Source: a bacterium
GTDB taxonomy: Bacteria; Patescibacteriota; Minisyncoccia; Phycocordibacterales; UBA5272
DNA length: 24,072 bases
Direction: 5' to 3'
Assembly (NCBI GenBank): GCA_043742405.1
Contig: JAYTYL010000023.1
Coordinates: 1-24,072, forward strand
Shown here: piece after piece, positions 1-8,179 of the stretch
Layout: each line of letters opens with the position of its first letter
Numbering within the stretch: the stretch's first letter is position 1
Made by a program: the position numbers and the translations under genes
Notes under the pieces: generated by a model
What the model saw: only the letters and a program-made list of their open reading frames with translations
Databases searched by the model: none
What the model was told of the DNA's origin: nothing

Positions 1-1
1 T

Positions 2-49
2 GTAAATACAGAAATCGAAGGCGTAGATTCGGACTCCGATTTAGCCTAA
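2..49 (+). CDS. Probable 3' end of an upstream gene truncated by the window edge (...VNTEIEGVDSDSDLA*)
   Basis: Frame open from base 2 to TAA at 47-49, followed by a second TAA; acidic tail. Too short to identify. Confidence 0.3.
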   Translation, partial: VNTEIEGVDSDSDLA

Positions 50-76
50 TAACTGGATTCTACAATTGTGAGTTGA

Positions 77-580
77 GTGGGATATGAAAGAGGTCTAATT
101 ATTGGAAAAAAATTTGATACAGAGAAAACAATTGTCTCACAAAGACTTATTCCTTTTCCAAGTACACCGAAAGTATTTTTAACAACTTTGGAATCTTTTT
201 TAAAAACTGGAAAATTACCAACAGAAAGTTCGACTACTTATGAGAATAGCTTGTATAAAGATTATCATTATAGACAAGAAGAGAAACCTCCAAGTCAAGA
301 GGTTCTGAAAATGAATGCTAAACAACAAATATTGAAATCTTTAATCTATGGAGTAGAAAGTTATTTTTTTAGAGAAGCAGTAGGTAGAGCCATCTTATTT
401 TTTAAAGAAAAAGAAATATATTCTTGGCCAGAAGTAAGAGAAAGTACTAAACAACAAATATTGAGATTTCTAGTTTATGGAGTAGAAAGTTTTCAATTTA
501 AAACTGAAGTAAGACTGTCTTCCAAGGTGTACACAAGGGAAGAAATTATGAACTGGCCAGAAGTTTTGAATAAAAAATAG
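77..580 (+). CDS. Hypothetical protein with 43-aa tandem repeats (167 aa; GTG start uncertain, alternative ATG at 311)
   Basis: Open frame in the ORF track. The internal duplication keeps the reading frame (129-nt period), which supports coding. No family recognised. Confidence 0.65.
   Translation: MGYERGLIIGKKFDTEKTIVSQRLIPFPSTPKVFLTTLESFLKTGKLPTESSTTYENSLYKDYHYRQEEKPPSQEVLKMNAKQQILKSLIYGVESYFFREAVGRAILFFKEKEIYSWPEVRESTKQQILRFLVYGVESFQFKTEVRLSSKVYTREEIMNWPEVLNKK
320..577 (+). repeat. Two tandem 129-nt (43-aa) units, 320-448 and 449-577
   Basis: aaacaacaaatattga starts at 320 and 449; tatggagtagaaagtt and tggccagaagt recur at the same offset. My alignment gives 19/43 identical residues. Confidence 0.85.
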
Positions 581-615
581 ATTATAAATAACTTCAAGAC
601 AAAAACGAGGAGACG

Positions 616-624
616 TGCTATAAT
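616..624 (+). promoter_or_regulatory. Extended -10 promoter (TGcTATAAT) for obgE
   Basis: Perfect TGn-TATAAT, 19 nt before ATG 644. Confidence 0.7.
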
Positions 625-643
625 CTAGACAAATAAAAAATAT

Positions 644-1813
644 ATGGCATTTTTAGATAATGTGACACTTAGAATAAAAGCAGGTAAGGGCGGTGATGGG
701 GTAGTACGCTGGAGACGAGAGCGTGCTATTGACATGGGTGGACCTGCTGGTGGCGATGGTGGGCGTGGTGGGAATGTTTACATACGAGGACTTCGCAATC
801 TCCACACTCTTTCTCACTATGCCCACGAGAAAGATTTCAAAGCAGAAGAGGGCGAAGCTGGTGGCTCGTCACAAAAGCACGGAAAACAAGGTGGTGACAT
901 AACTTTGAATTTTCCACTTGGTAGCGAGCTTTATATTGAAGAGTATGACCGCACAATTGACCTGGTCATAGAAGGTGAGGAGCAACTACTTTTTCGAGGT
1001 GGTTACGGAGGGCTGGGAAATACAAATTTTAAATCTTCTACCAATAGAAGCCCAGAAGAATGGACACCCGGAAAAACTGGAGAATTCGGAACGGTACACG
1101 TTAACTTAAAAATGATTGCCGACGCTGGGTTTATAGGCTACCCAAATGTAGGAAAGTCAAATCTACTAAATACTCTTACCAAAGCTCAAAGTAAAGTTGG
1201 AAATTATAATTTTACTACCTTAGAACCTCATTTAGGTGACTATTTTGGATACATTCTAGCCGACATTCCAGGTCTAATAGAGGGAGCATCTGACGGAAAA
1301 GGCTTGGGAATTAAATTTTTAAAACACGTGGAGAGAACCAAAATGTTAGTGCACATGATAGATGCAAGTTCAAAAGATTTTTTGAAAGATTATAAAACTA
1401 TTCGCACAGAGCTAGAAAAATTTAATAAAGAAATGTTAAATAAAAAGGAAGTTTTGGTTATTACTAAAATAGACAATATTTTACAAAACTGTAAATGGAA
1501 AATTTCCCAAGGGGATTTGAAAGTAGAATTTCCAAGATTGGTAAAACCAAAGCTTAAAAAGCTTAGCAAGAAAGAGATTTCCAAACTTACAAAAGAAGAA
1601 CTAAAAATTCAAAAACTTATCAATAATGAAGTAGAAAATAAATATAAACTAGAGAGTAAAACTCAAGCAGAATCTAAAAAGAAAATCAAAACATTTATTG
1701 ATAATATTAAAAAGCTAGAGAAATTTACAAAAAAGAAAGTGCTTTTGATGTCACTTTACGATGACAAAACAGTAAAAAAATTTGAAAAAGTTCTTAAGCA
1801 AGAGCTGAAATAA
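644..1813 (+). CDS. obgE: GTPase Obg/CgtA, with a Lys-rich insertion between G4 and G5 and no C-terminal OCT domain
   Basis: Gly-rich Obg fold (AGKGGDG, GGPAGGDGGRGG, GGYGGLGN); G1 GYPNVGKS; G2 YNFTTLEP; G3 DIPGLIEGA; G4 TKID. Confidence 0.97.
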   Translation: MAFLDNVTLRIKAGKGGDGVVRWRRERAIDMGGPAGGDGGRGGNVYIRGLRNLHTLSHYAHEKDFKAEEGEAGGSSQKHGKQGGDITLNFPLGSELYIEEYDRTIDLVIEGEEQLLFRGGYGGLGNTNFKSSTNRSPEEWTPGKTGEFGTVHVNLKMIADAGFIGYPNVGKSNLLNTLTKAQSKVGNYNFTTLEPHLGDYFGYILADIPGLIEGASDGKGLGIKFLKHVERTKMLVHMIDASSKDFLKDYKTIRTELEKFNKEMLNKKEVLVITKIDNILQNCKWKISQGDLKVEFPRLVKPKLKKLSKKEISKLTKEELKIQKLINNEVENKYKLESKTQAESKKKIKTFIDNIKKLEKFTKKKVLLMSLYDDKTVKKFEKVLKQELK

Positions 1814-3266
1814 AAAGTTTTTTAGTTACTGTCGGGTTAGCTTTTCCGTTGGTTTGTTTTATTGCTTGGCCGACAAGTGCCATAAGCGCGGGCTCTATAC
1901 CTTTTTTATAATCAGCTATAGATTTTGTATTTTTTTCGTCTGCCAAAATTAATTGAATTATTGGTAACAGTTTTGCCTCATCTGAAATTTGTAGTAAATC
2001 ATTTTCTTGTGCAAACTTAAGTGGGTCTAAATTTTGATCTGCAAATAATTTTACCAATATATCTTTTGCTCCACGACTGGCAAGTTTTTCTTCAACTAGC
2101 ATCTTAATCAAAATTTTAAAATTAACAACATTAGGAAAAAGGAATTCACTATTTTCTTCTTGTGATTTTTTGTAAATGCCTACAATATCAGACGAAATAT
2201 AATTAGCTGCTAAATTTATAAAATTAAAATCAGCTAAGTTTGTGCTCACCACAGAGTCAAAATAGTTTCCAAAAATAGGCTGAGCAACAAAAAGCTCGAC
2301 AGTTTCTTTTTTTAATTCTAACTTTTCATAACGAAGCCGTTTTTGGTCAGGAAGCTCTGGAAGAGAGTTTTTAATCTTCTCGTATTCAAAAATAGGATTA
2401 TCATGCAGATACATTTTAGTAAGATCTGGATCTGGAAAATAGCGGTAGTCGGCAGAATTTTCTTTTGTACGCTGCGACTTTGTAGTTCCACTTGCTTCGT
2501 CGTAGCCTCTTGTTTCTTGAACAATCTCTACACCTGTTTCCAGTGCTTCGATATGTCTCTTAAATTCATACTTTATTGCACCTTCCAAACTTTTAAATGA
2601 ACCAATATTTTTAACTTCCACTTTCGTACCAAATTTTGTAGGGTCAACCGAAATAGATATATTTGCTTCCATACGCATGTGACCTTTTTCTATGTCGGCG
2701 TCAGAAATATTTAAAGTTTTAAGAAAAAGTTGCATTTCTTTTGCAAAAGCTACTGCGGCTTCCGCATCATAAATTACTGGCTCGGTTACAAGCTCCATAA
2801 GTGGGACACCAGCACGGTTGAAATTTATAAGAGTCGCATCGTCTTTATCGTGTGCACTTGTTGCGGTGTCCTCTTCGAGATGAATTCTTGTTAGTTCTAC
2901 ACTGTTCAGTTTTCCACTCGAAACAATAGGAAATTTGTACTGGGAAATTTGGTATCCTTTTGGAATATCTGGGTAAAAATAGTTCTTTCTATCAAACTCT
3001 GTAAAATTGGCGATATTTCCACCTACTGCAAAACCCATTTTCATGACATTTTGAATTGCATGCAAGTTTGGCACAGGCAGAGTTCCTGGGTTCGCCATAC
3101 AAATAGGGCATACGTGTTTATTGGGTTCGTCTTCGAACGGGTCATTTTTACACCCACACCACATTTTGGTTTTGGTATTCAATTCGGCGTGTATTTCCAT
3201 ACCAATAACTGGGTAATACTTTTTTCCATTACTTTCGATGAATTTTGTTAAATTTGTTTTTTGCAT
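1794..3266 (-). CDS. gatB: Asp-tRNA(Asn)/Glu-tRNA(Gln) amidotransferase subunit B
   Basis: VIGMEIHAEL, PGTLPV, RKNYFYPDIPKGYQISQ, RIHLEED, NRAGVPLMELVTEP, YRYFPDPDL motifs and a C-terminal YqeY-like tail. Overlaps the obgE 3' end by 20 nt. Confidence 0.98.
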   Translation of the reverse strand: MQKTNLTKFIESNGKKYYPVIGMEIHAELNTKTKMWCGCKNDPFEDEPNKHVCPICMANPGTLPVPNLHAIQNVMKMGFAVGGNIANFTEFDRKNYFYPDIPKGYQISQYKFPIVSSGKLNSVELTRIHLEEDTATSAHDKDDATLINFNRAGVPLMELVTEPVIYDAEAAVAFAKEMQLFLKTLNISDADIEKGHMRMEANISISVDPTKFGTKVEVKNIGSFKSLEGAIKYEFKRHIEALETGVEIVQETRGYDEASGTTKSQRTKENSADYRYFPDPDLTKMYLHDNPIFEYEKIKNSLPELPDQKRLRYEKLELKKETVELFVAQPIFGNYFDSVVSTNLADFNFINLAANYISSDIVGIYKKSQEENSEFLFPNVVNFKILIKMLVEEKLASRGAKDILVKLFADQNLDPLKFAQENDLLQISDEAKLLPIIQLILADEKNTKSIADYKKGIEPALMALVGQAIKQTNGKANPTVTKKLFISALA

Positions 3267-3288
3267 GTTTACAGGCAGATTAATTTAA

Positions 3289-3316
3289 TTGACATTATAG
3301 CACAAATGCATATTCT
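3289..3316 (+). promoter_or_regulatory. Sigma70-type promoter TTGACA-N16-TATTCT for the 3323/3358 ORF
   Basis: TTGACA 3289-3294 and TATTCT 3311-3316, 6 nt before ATG 3323. Overlaps the divergent gatB promoter. Confidence 0.5.
3294..3302 (-). promoter_or_regulatory. Extended -10 promoter (TGcTATAAT) for gatB
   Basis: Plus-strand attatagca is the reverse complement of TGCTATAAT, 27 nt upstream of the gatB ATG. Confidence 0.65.
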
Positions 3317-3357
3317 TAAAAGATGAAGGAAAAAAAGAAATCACAAACAATGAATTA

Positions 3358-3687
3358 ATGGCAGCAATATTGGGAGTGAAAAATGAGTTAACTGATTTTA
3401 AAGAAAAAACAGAAAAACAGTTTAAATCTATAAATTCAAAATTTGTTTGGGTTGGAGAACAGTTCGTTCAGGTTAGAGAGGAAATTCAACAAGTTGACAG
3501 AGCTCATGGGGTTTGGGCAGAAAGAATCGAGGATAAGCTAATAATAGTTGCAGAAAATACCGTAATTCAAAAGGATGTTACAAAAGTAAAAATTGACGAA
3601 GTCAAAGATCAAACTTCAACTAATGCTAACTCTGTTGGTTCTCTGAATTTTAGAGTTCGAAAGTTGGAAGATGCTGTTTTTGCATGA
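3358..3687 (+). CDS. Hypothetical coiled-coil protein (109 aa; may really start at ATG 3323 via a -1 shift in the A7 run)
   Basis: Heptad-like pattern of hydrophobic and charged residues (LTDFKEKTEKQFKSINSKF...LNFRVRKLEDAVFA). The frame is open upstream to TAG 3298-3300 and reads KKEITNNELMAAI. Confidence 0.75.
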   Translation: MAAILGVKNELTDFKEKTEKQFKSINSKFVWVGEQFVQVREEIQQVDRAHGVWAERIEDKLIIVAENTVIQKDVTKVKIDEVKDQTSTNANSVGSLNFRVRKLEDAVFA

Positions 3688-3708
3688 TAAATTACTGAAA
3701 AATAACTT

Positions 3709-4602
3709 CTAATTCATATCAAATTTCTTCTTTAATCCTTTGATTTCATTGCTAATTTTTTGTTTATCACTACCGTATTTTTTAGAGTTCATATCTAGAT
3801 TAAAAAATATATTCCAAATTTTTTCTAAATCTTTAGGAATGAGAGATTTAAATTCGGTGCTTTGTAGTTGTTCGTCATGAAAATATGCCTTAAAAAAACT
3901 TCTCATAACCACATTCTGATCTACCTCGGTTGCTTTAGAAATAAAGATGTATATCCAACGTAATATTTGAACCTCATCACGATAGTACATAAATAAAGAA
4001 TCTCTGAAATATCTGACAAAGATATCTGTGGAAGCTTTTCCGGATGATCTTATAAAATAATTATACATCAGTTTAACTGATAAAAGTTCTGTCACTGCTT
4101 CATTTAGTGCTGTCGGGTACGGTGTGTTTGGGCTGCGACTTATATTGCCCTCTAAATGCATCAGCTCATGGAAAAAAACTTTATGAAAAAGAAAATTTAT
4201 AACATCAAAATTTGTTTTTTCGTTACTTTTTATATCTTGAGATAAGTAATAGTAGATATTACCTATAAAATTTTTTGTATTAAATCTAATTATACGTTGC
4301 ATGGGGTTTGCATCGGCAACAGCTTTCATTTGCATACTAAATTTTATTAATATATTTTTGTAGTCTCTATTTTTATTTTTAACTAAAATATATTTTCCAA
4401 AAGAATCGGTATGACACCAGCTCGTAGAAATACTATTAACCATTTCTTCTTGAGGTTTATCTTCAAATACATCACAGCTTTTACGTAGTTTATAAATTAA
4501 TTCATTATAAATTTTCCAGTCAAATTTTTTTAACATATCAAAGATATGTTCTTCCATGAGCCTTACTGCATATTCTGTATTTAAAGTATGCTTTTTCTCC
4601 AT
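3709..4602 (-). CDS. Hypothetical protein with a putative zinc metallopeptidase motif (HELMH ... NEAVTE)
   Basis: 297-aa ORF with HExxH followed about 17 residues later by LNEAVTE, a gluzincin-like third-ligand pattern. Has its own extended -10 box; no signal peptide seen. Confidence 0.7.
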   Translation of the reverse strand: MEKKHTLNTEYAVRLMEEHIFDMLKKFDWKIYNELIYKLRKSCDVFEDKPQEEMVNSISTSWCHTDSFGKYILVKNKNRDYKNILIKFSMQMKAVADANPMQRIIRFNTKNFIGNIYYYLSQDIKSNEKTNFDVINFLFHKVFFHELMHLEGNISRSPNTPYPTALNEAVTELLSVKLMYNYFIRSSGKASTDIFVRYFRDSLFMYYRDEVQILRWIYIFISKATEVDQNVVMRSFFKAYFHDEQLQSTEFKSLIPKDLEKIWNIFFNLDMNSKKYGSDKQKISNEIKGLKKKFDMN

Positions 4603-4612
4603 TTCACACTTG

Positions 4613-4636
4613 AGTATAGCATTTATATGCTAAACT
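4613..4636. promoter_or_regulatory. Back-to-back extended -10 promoters: TGcTATACT (minus, 4613-4621) and TGcTAAACT (plus, 4628-4636)
   Basis: agtatagcat-ttat-atgctaaact. The minus box is 10 nt from ATG 4602 and the plus box is 7 nt from ATG 4644. Confidence 0.7.
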
Positions 4637-4643
4637 TTAAAAC

Positions 4644-6254
4644 ATGATTAATTATCAAAAAATAATTTTAGATTTAGAGAGACAAATAAAAGGAGAGATT
4701 GTTTATGATCCTAAAATTTTAGAAAAATATTCTGTAGACGCTTCACTTTTTACAGTTATGCCACAACTAGTCATCTATCCTGTAGACAAGTGGGACATTT
4801 CTAAAATTGTAAAATATGTGCACGACTTAAAAACAGAATACAAAGATTTATATAAAGAATTGAGTATCACCGCACGTGCTGCAGGTACAGACATGACTGG
4901 AGGACCACTAAATAATTCTATAATTTTAGACGTAACAAAATACATGAATAAAATTTTTAGAATAGGAGGAAAGATAGTAACTTGTGAGCCAGGAGTTTAT
5001 TATAGGGATTTAGAAAAAGAAACATTGAAGAACAATCTATTTCTGGGAAGCTATCCAGCATCAAAAGACCTTTGTTGCGTAGGGGGGATTGTTGCCAACA
5101 ATTCAGCAGGTGAAAAATCTTTATTTTATGGTCAAACCATCGATTATATAGAAGAAATAGAAATGGTGACAGAAAGTGGAGAAATAAAAATATTTAATGA
5201 AAAGACCTTGGAGTATGAACAAATCTTTGACTTAGTAGAAAAAAATAGAGAGGAAATCTTAGATAATAAACCAAAAGTTTCTAAAAATAGTTCGGGCTAT
5301 TATTTGTGGAATTTGTTGACGTCAAACAATTTGTCTAAAATTATTTGTGGTTCGCAGGGCACATTTGGAATTATTACTAAAGTAAAATTAAGACTAGTAG
5401 AGGCCAAACCAAAGTCACAAATGCTAACAGTAATGCTCCCAAATTTAGAAAATCTTGTAACTCTTGTAGAAGAAATTCTTGTCCATAAACCAGAAAGCAT
5501 AGAAACATATGATGACCAGACTTTTAAAATTGTCATGAAATTTCTTCCATCTATTATATGGAAAATGAAAGGCTCACTCTTGAAGCTTGCTATGTCTTTT
5601 TTACCAGAAGCGAAAATGGTATTTTTCACTGGCATCCCAAAATTAATTCTACTTGCAGAATTTACTGGGCAAACACAACAAGAAGTAGACAAAAAGGTAA
5701 CCGAGTGTTTAAAACATATTTTAAAGTTTAAGTACAGCACGAGAATTGCAAAAAGTGATATAGAAAGAGAAAAATATTGGCTTTTTAGACGAGAAAGTTT
5801 TAACCTTTTGCGGTCAAAGCTTAAAGACTACCGTACAGCACCTTTTATAGAAGACACAATTGTACCAATAAAAAATATGAGAGAATTTATTCCACAGGTA
5901 AATGCTATAACTAGTAAATATAATTTTATAAACACAGTTGCTGGTCACGCGGGCAATGGAAATTTTCATATTATTCCACTTATGAAGTTGCAAAATGAAA
6001 GGGAGATAGAAGATATAAAAAATGCAAATCAAGAAGTATTCCAACTTGTAAATAAATACAGTGGGTCAATCTCTGCCGAGCACAATGACGGCTTGGTACG
6101 CACACCGTATCTAGATTTTATGTTTAGTAAAAAAATGTTAGAACTTTTCCAAGAAACTAAAAATATTTTTGACCCTTTAAATATCTTTAACCCTGGTAAA
6201 AAAGTCGGTGGCTCAATTGTGGAAAATTATGCAAAAATAAAACTTACAAAATAA
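4644..6254 (+). CDS. FAD-binding oxidoreductase of the GlcD / D-lactate (2-hydroxyacid) dehydrogenase family
   Basis: FAD_binding_4 features (P.LVIYP, ARAAGTDMTGG, GGIVANNSAG, GSQGTFGIITK) and C-terminal oxidase motifs GHAGNGNFH, SAEHNDG, FDPLNIFNPGKK. No fused Fe-S domain. Confidence 0.9.
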   Translation: MINYQKIILDLERQIKGEIVYDPKILEKYSVDASLFTVMPQLVIYPVDKWDISKIVKYVHDLKTEYKDLYKELSITARAAGTDMTGGPLNNSIILDVTKYMNKIFRIGGKIVTCEPGVYYRDLEKETLKNNLFLGSYPASKDLCCVGGIVANNSAGEKSLFYGQTIDYIEEIEMVTESGEIKIFNEKTLEYEQIFDLVEKNREEILDNKPKVSKNSSGYYLWNLLTSNNLSKIICGSQGTFGIITKVKLRLVEAKPKSQMLTVMLPNLENLVTLVEEILVHKPESIETYDDQTFKIVMKFLPSIIWKMKGSLLKLAMSFLPEAKMVFFTGIPKLILLAEFTGQTQQEVDKKVTECLKHILKFKYSTRIAKSDIEREKYWLFRRESFNLLRSKLKDYRTAPFIEDTIVPIKNMREFIPQVNAITSKYNFINTVAGHAGNGNFHIIPLMKLQNEREIEDIKNANQEVFQLVNKYSGSISAEHNDGLVRTPYLDFMFSKKMLELFQETKNIFDPLNIFNPGKKVGGSIVENYAKIKLTK

Positions 6255-6260
6255 TTTATG

Positions 6261-6269
6261 TGTTAAACT
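6261..6269 (+). promoter_or_regulatory. Extended -10 promoter (TGtTAAACT)
   Basis: 18 nt before ATG 6288; weak AGGAA in the leader. Confidence 0.55.
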
Positions 6270-6287
6270 GCCTTAGGAAATAAACTT

Positions 6288-6707
6288 ATGAATTATAAAA
6301 GATTAGCTTTCATCCTTTCAATATTACTAGCCTATTTTATTTTGACAGATACTTTTTTTGAACGTCAAATTAAAAATTCTGCTTGGTCCTTGATCGGCAT
6401 TGCAAGCGACGAAGGACAGCAGGTAGCAAGTGATGCACCAACATCTTTTATTGACACTCTAGAGGTTGGTCGTATAGGATTCGCAAAATTTGTACTCACT
6501 AGTAAAGAAAAAATAGCCACAATCTCAAGTAATTCAAAAAATCCACTTACTTATCTTTACACATTTTTTATTCTATTTTTGAATTTTGTTTACTACTTAT
6601 CATCTTACATTATTACATTCTATCCAATATTGATTTTGTTACTTTACTACATCTTGACCTCTAGAATGTTTAAAAAGGACAACTACCTCAATGATTATGG
6701 AAATTAA
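6288..6707 (+). CDS. Hypothetical membrane protein (one N-terminal and about two C-terminal hydrophobic segments)
   Basis: Hydrophobic stretches LAFILSILLAYFIL and YLYTFFILFLNFVYYLSSYIITFYPILILLLYYIL; upstream promoter-like box. Confidence 0.75.
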   Translation: MNYKRLAFILSILLAYFILTDTFFERQIKNSAWSLIGIASDEGQQVASDAPTSFIDTLEVGRIGFAKFVLTSKEKIATISSNSKNPLTYLYTFFILFLNFVYYLSSYIITFYPILILLLYYILTSRMFKKDNYLNDYGN

Positions 6708-6715
6708 AGTAAAGG

Positions 6716-6724
6716 TGTTACACT
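6716..6724 (+). promoter_or_regulatory. Extended -10 promoter (TGtTACACT) for the malic enzyme gene
   Basis: 9 nt before ATG 6734. Confidence 0.55.
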
Positions 6725-6733
6725 GGTTTCCAT

Positions 6734-7903
6734 ATGAAGAGTAAAATAGAGAAAACTAAAAAAGAAGATTTTGGAAAACTTTCAATTTTCGAACACAAAA
6801 AATTTGGAGGGAAATTAGAACTGACAACAAAATTTAAATTAAAAGACAAGCGCGATTTGTCAATCGCCTACACGCCAGGCGTGGCTGCAGTTTGTTTAGA
6901 AATTGACAAAGACACTAAAAAAGCCAAGAGTTTAACTTTAAAGAAAAACACTATTGCTGTAGTAAGCGATGGTTCGGCTGTACTTGGCCTTGGCAACATA
7001 GGAGCCTCTGCCGCTATACCTGTCATGGAAGGAAAAAGTATTTTGATGAAGCATTTTGCAGGTGTCGATGCATTCCCAATTTGTATTCAATCACAAGATC
7101 CAGAAGAAATAATTAACTTTGTAAAAAACTTGGAGCCAGTCTTTGGAGGAATAAATTTAGAAGACATCGCTGCCCCAAAATGTTTTGAAATAGAAGAAAG
7201 ACTAAGGAGAGAATTGAATATTCCAGTAATGCACGATGACCAATGGGGTGCAGCTGTGGTTTCTCTTTCTGGATTTATAAATGCTTTAAAGGTAGTTAAA
7301 AAGAAAAAAGAAAATGTTTGCGTTGCCGTAGTTGGTGCAGGAGCTGCTGGTGTAGCTACTATCAGGCTCCTTAAGGCTTATGGTGTAAAAGATATTGTTG
7401 CGTTTGACACAAAAGGTGCTATTAATATTGGGCGAACTGATTTGAGTAAAGAAAAGTTTGAGGTTTCAAAATATAATCTTAAAAACTTAGAAGGGGAGTT
7501 AAAAACTTTGATGCCCAACTTTGATGTTTTTATAGGACTTTCAAAGCCAAATGTCTTAAATTTAGAAGATGTTAGAAATATGAAGTCGGATCCTATTGTC
7601 TTTGCGCTTGCAAACCCAACTCCAGAAATAATGCCAGAACTTGCAAAAAAAGGTGGTGCAAAAGTAGTAGCCACAGGTAGAAGCGATTTTCCAAACCAAA
7701 TCAACAACTCCCTCTTCTTTCCAGGTTTTTGGCGAGGAATGTTAGATAGGCAAAATAAAAATTATGACACCAAATTATTAATCAAAGTAGCAGAGGTAAT
7801 AGCAAACTTAGTAAAAAAACCAAGCAGTGAAAACATTTTACCTAGCACTTTGGACAAAAATGTGCATATTTCCGTTGCTAAAGTTATTAGGAATAACAAA
7901 TAA
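6734..7903 (+). CDS. NAD(P)-dependent malic enzyme, stand-alone ~390-aa type without a PTA domain
   Basis: LSIAYTPGVA, VVSDGSAVLGLGNIG, PVMEGK, FGGINLEDIAAPKCFEIE, HDDQWG, GAGAAG, FALANPTPEI, ATGRSDFPNQINN. Confidence 0.95.
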   Translation: MKSKIEKTKKEDFGKLSIFEHKKFGGKLELTTKFKLKDKRDLSIAYTPGVAAVCLEIDKDTKKAKSLTLKKNTIAVVSDGSAVLGLGNIGASAAIPVMEGKSILMKHFAGVDAFPICIQSQDPEEIINFVKNLEPVFGGINLEDIAAPKCFEIEERLRRELNIPVMHDDQWGAAVVSLSGFINALKVVKKKKENVCVAVVGAGAAGVATIRLLKAYGVKDIVAFDTKGAINIGRTDLSKEKFEVSKYNLKNLEGELKTLMPNFDVFIGLSKPNVLNLEDVRNMKSDPIVFALANPTPEIMPELAKKGGAKVVATGRSDFPNQINNSLFFPGFWRGMLDRQNKNYDTKLLIKVAEVIANLVKKPSSENILPSTLDKNVHISVAKVIRNNK

Positions 7904-7917
7904 ATATAAAAAATTAT

Positions 7918-8160
7918 ATGCATAGACACTTGAAAACTTCTCTAAATTATTTACTTATAGCGTTGTTTCTTCTTCTGGGTTTTATAGGACTTGCACTACC
8001 GCTTGTTCCACAAGCAATATTTTTTGCAATCGCACTTATATTGATTTCCTTCGAAGTTCCTAGCGTTGAACAATATATTGAACGAAAATTAAATAAGGAA
8101 AGCATTTTAGGAAAAACTTACTTGGGAATAAAAGAAAAAGTAGAAAAATATTTGAGGTAG
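7918..8160 (+). CDS. Small two-TM membrane protein (resembles DUF454/PGPGW-like hairpins)
   Basis: LLIALFLLLGFIGLALPLVPQAIFFAIALILISF is a helical hairpin with a Pro turn, followed by a basic amphipathic tail. Confidence 0.7.
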   Translation: MHRHLKTSLNYLLIALFLLLGFIGLALPLVPQAIFFAIALILISFEVPSVEQYIERKLNKESILGKTYLGIKEKVEKYLR

Positions 8161-8164
8161 AGTA

Positions 8165-8173
8165 TGGTAGAAT
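8165..8173 (+). promoter_or_regulatory. Extended -10 promoter (TGgTAGAAT) for tgt
   Basis: Exactly 6 nt before ATG 8180, so the expected TSS is at or next to the start codon. Confidence 0.65.
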
Positions 8174-8179
8174 ACCAAG

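Noticed and set aside
1-66. tmRNA-like appearance (tttagcctaataactg resembles the end of a tag reading frame; ttcggactcc resembles a T-arm)
   Set aside because: The peptide does not end in an ALAA-like tag, and no downstream pseudoknots or 3' acceptor/CCA end follow. The end of an ordinary CDS explains it more simply.
1475-1750. Intein or mobile insertion as the explanation of the Obg (or TsaD) insert
   Set aside because: No Cys/Ser start with His-Asn end splice motifs, no LAGLIDADG/HNH motif, and too short.
4613-4636. Imperfect inverted repeat agtatagcat-ttat-atgctaaact as a repressor operator
   Set aside because: Fully explained by two back-to-back TGcTAnACT promoter boxes; no regulator gene nearby.
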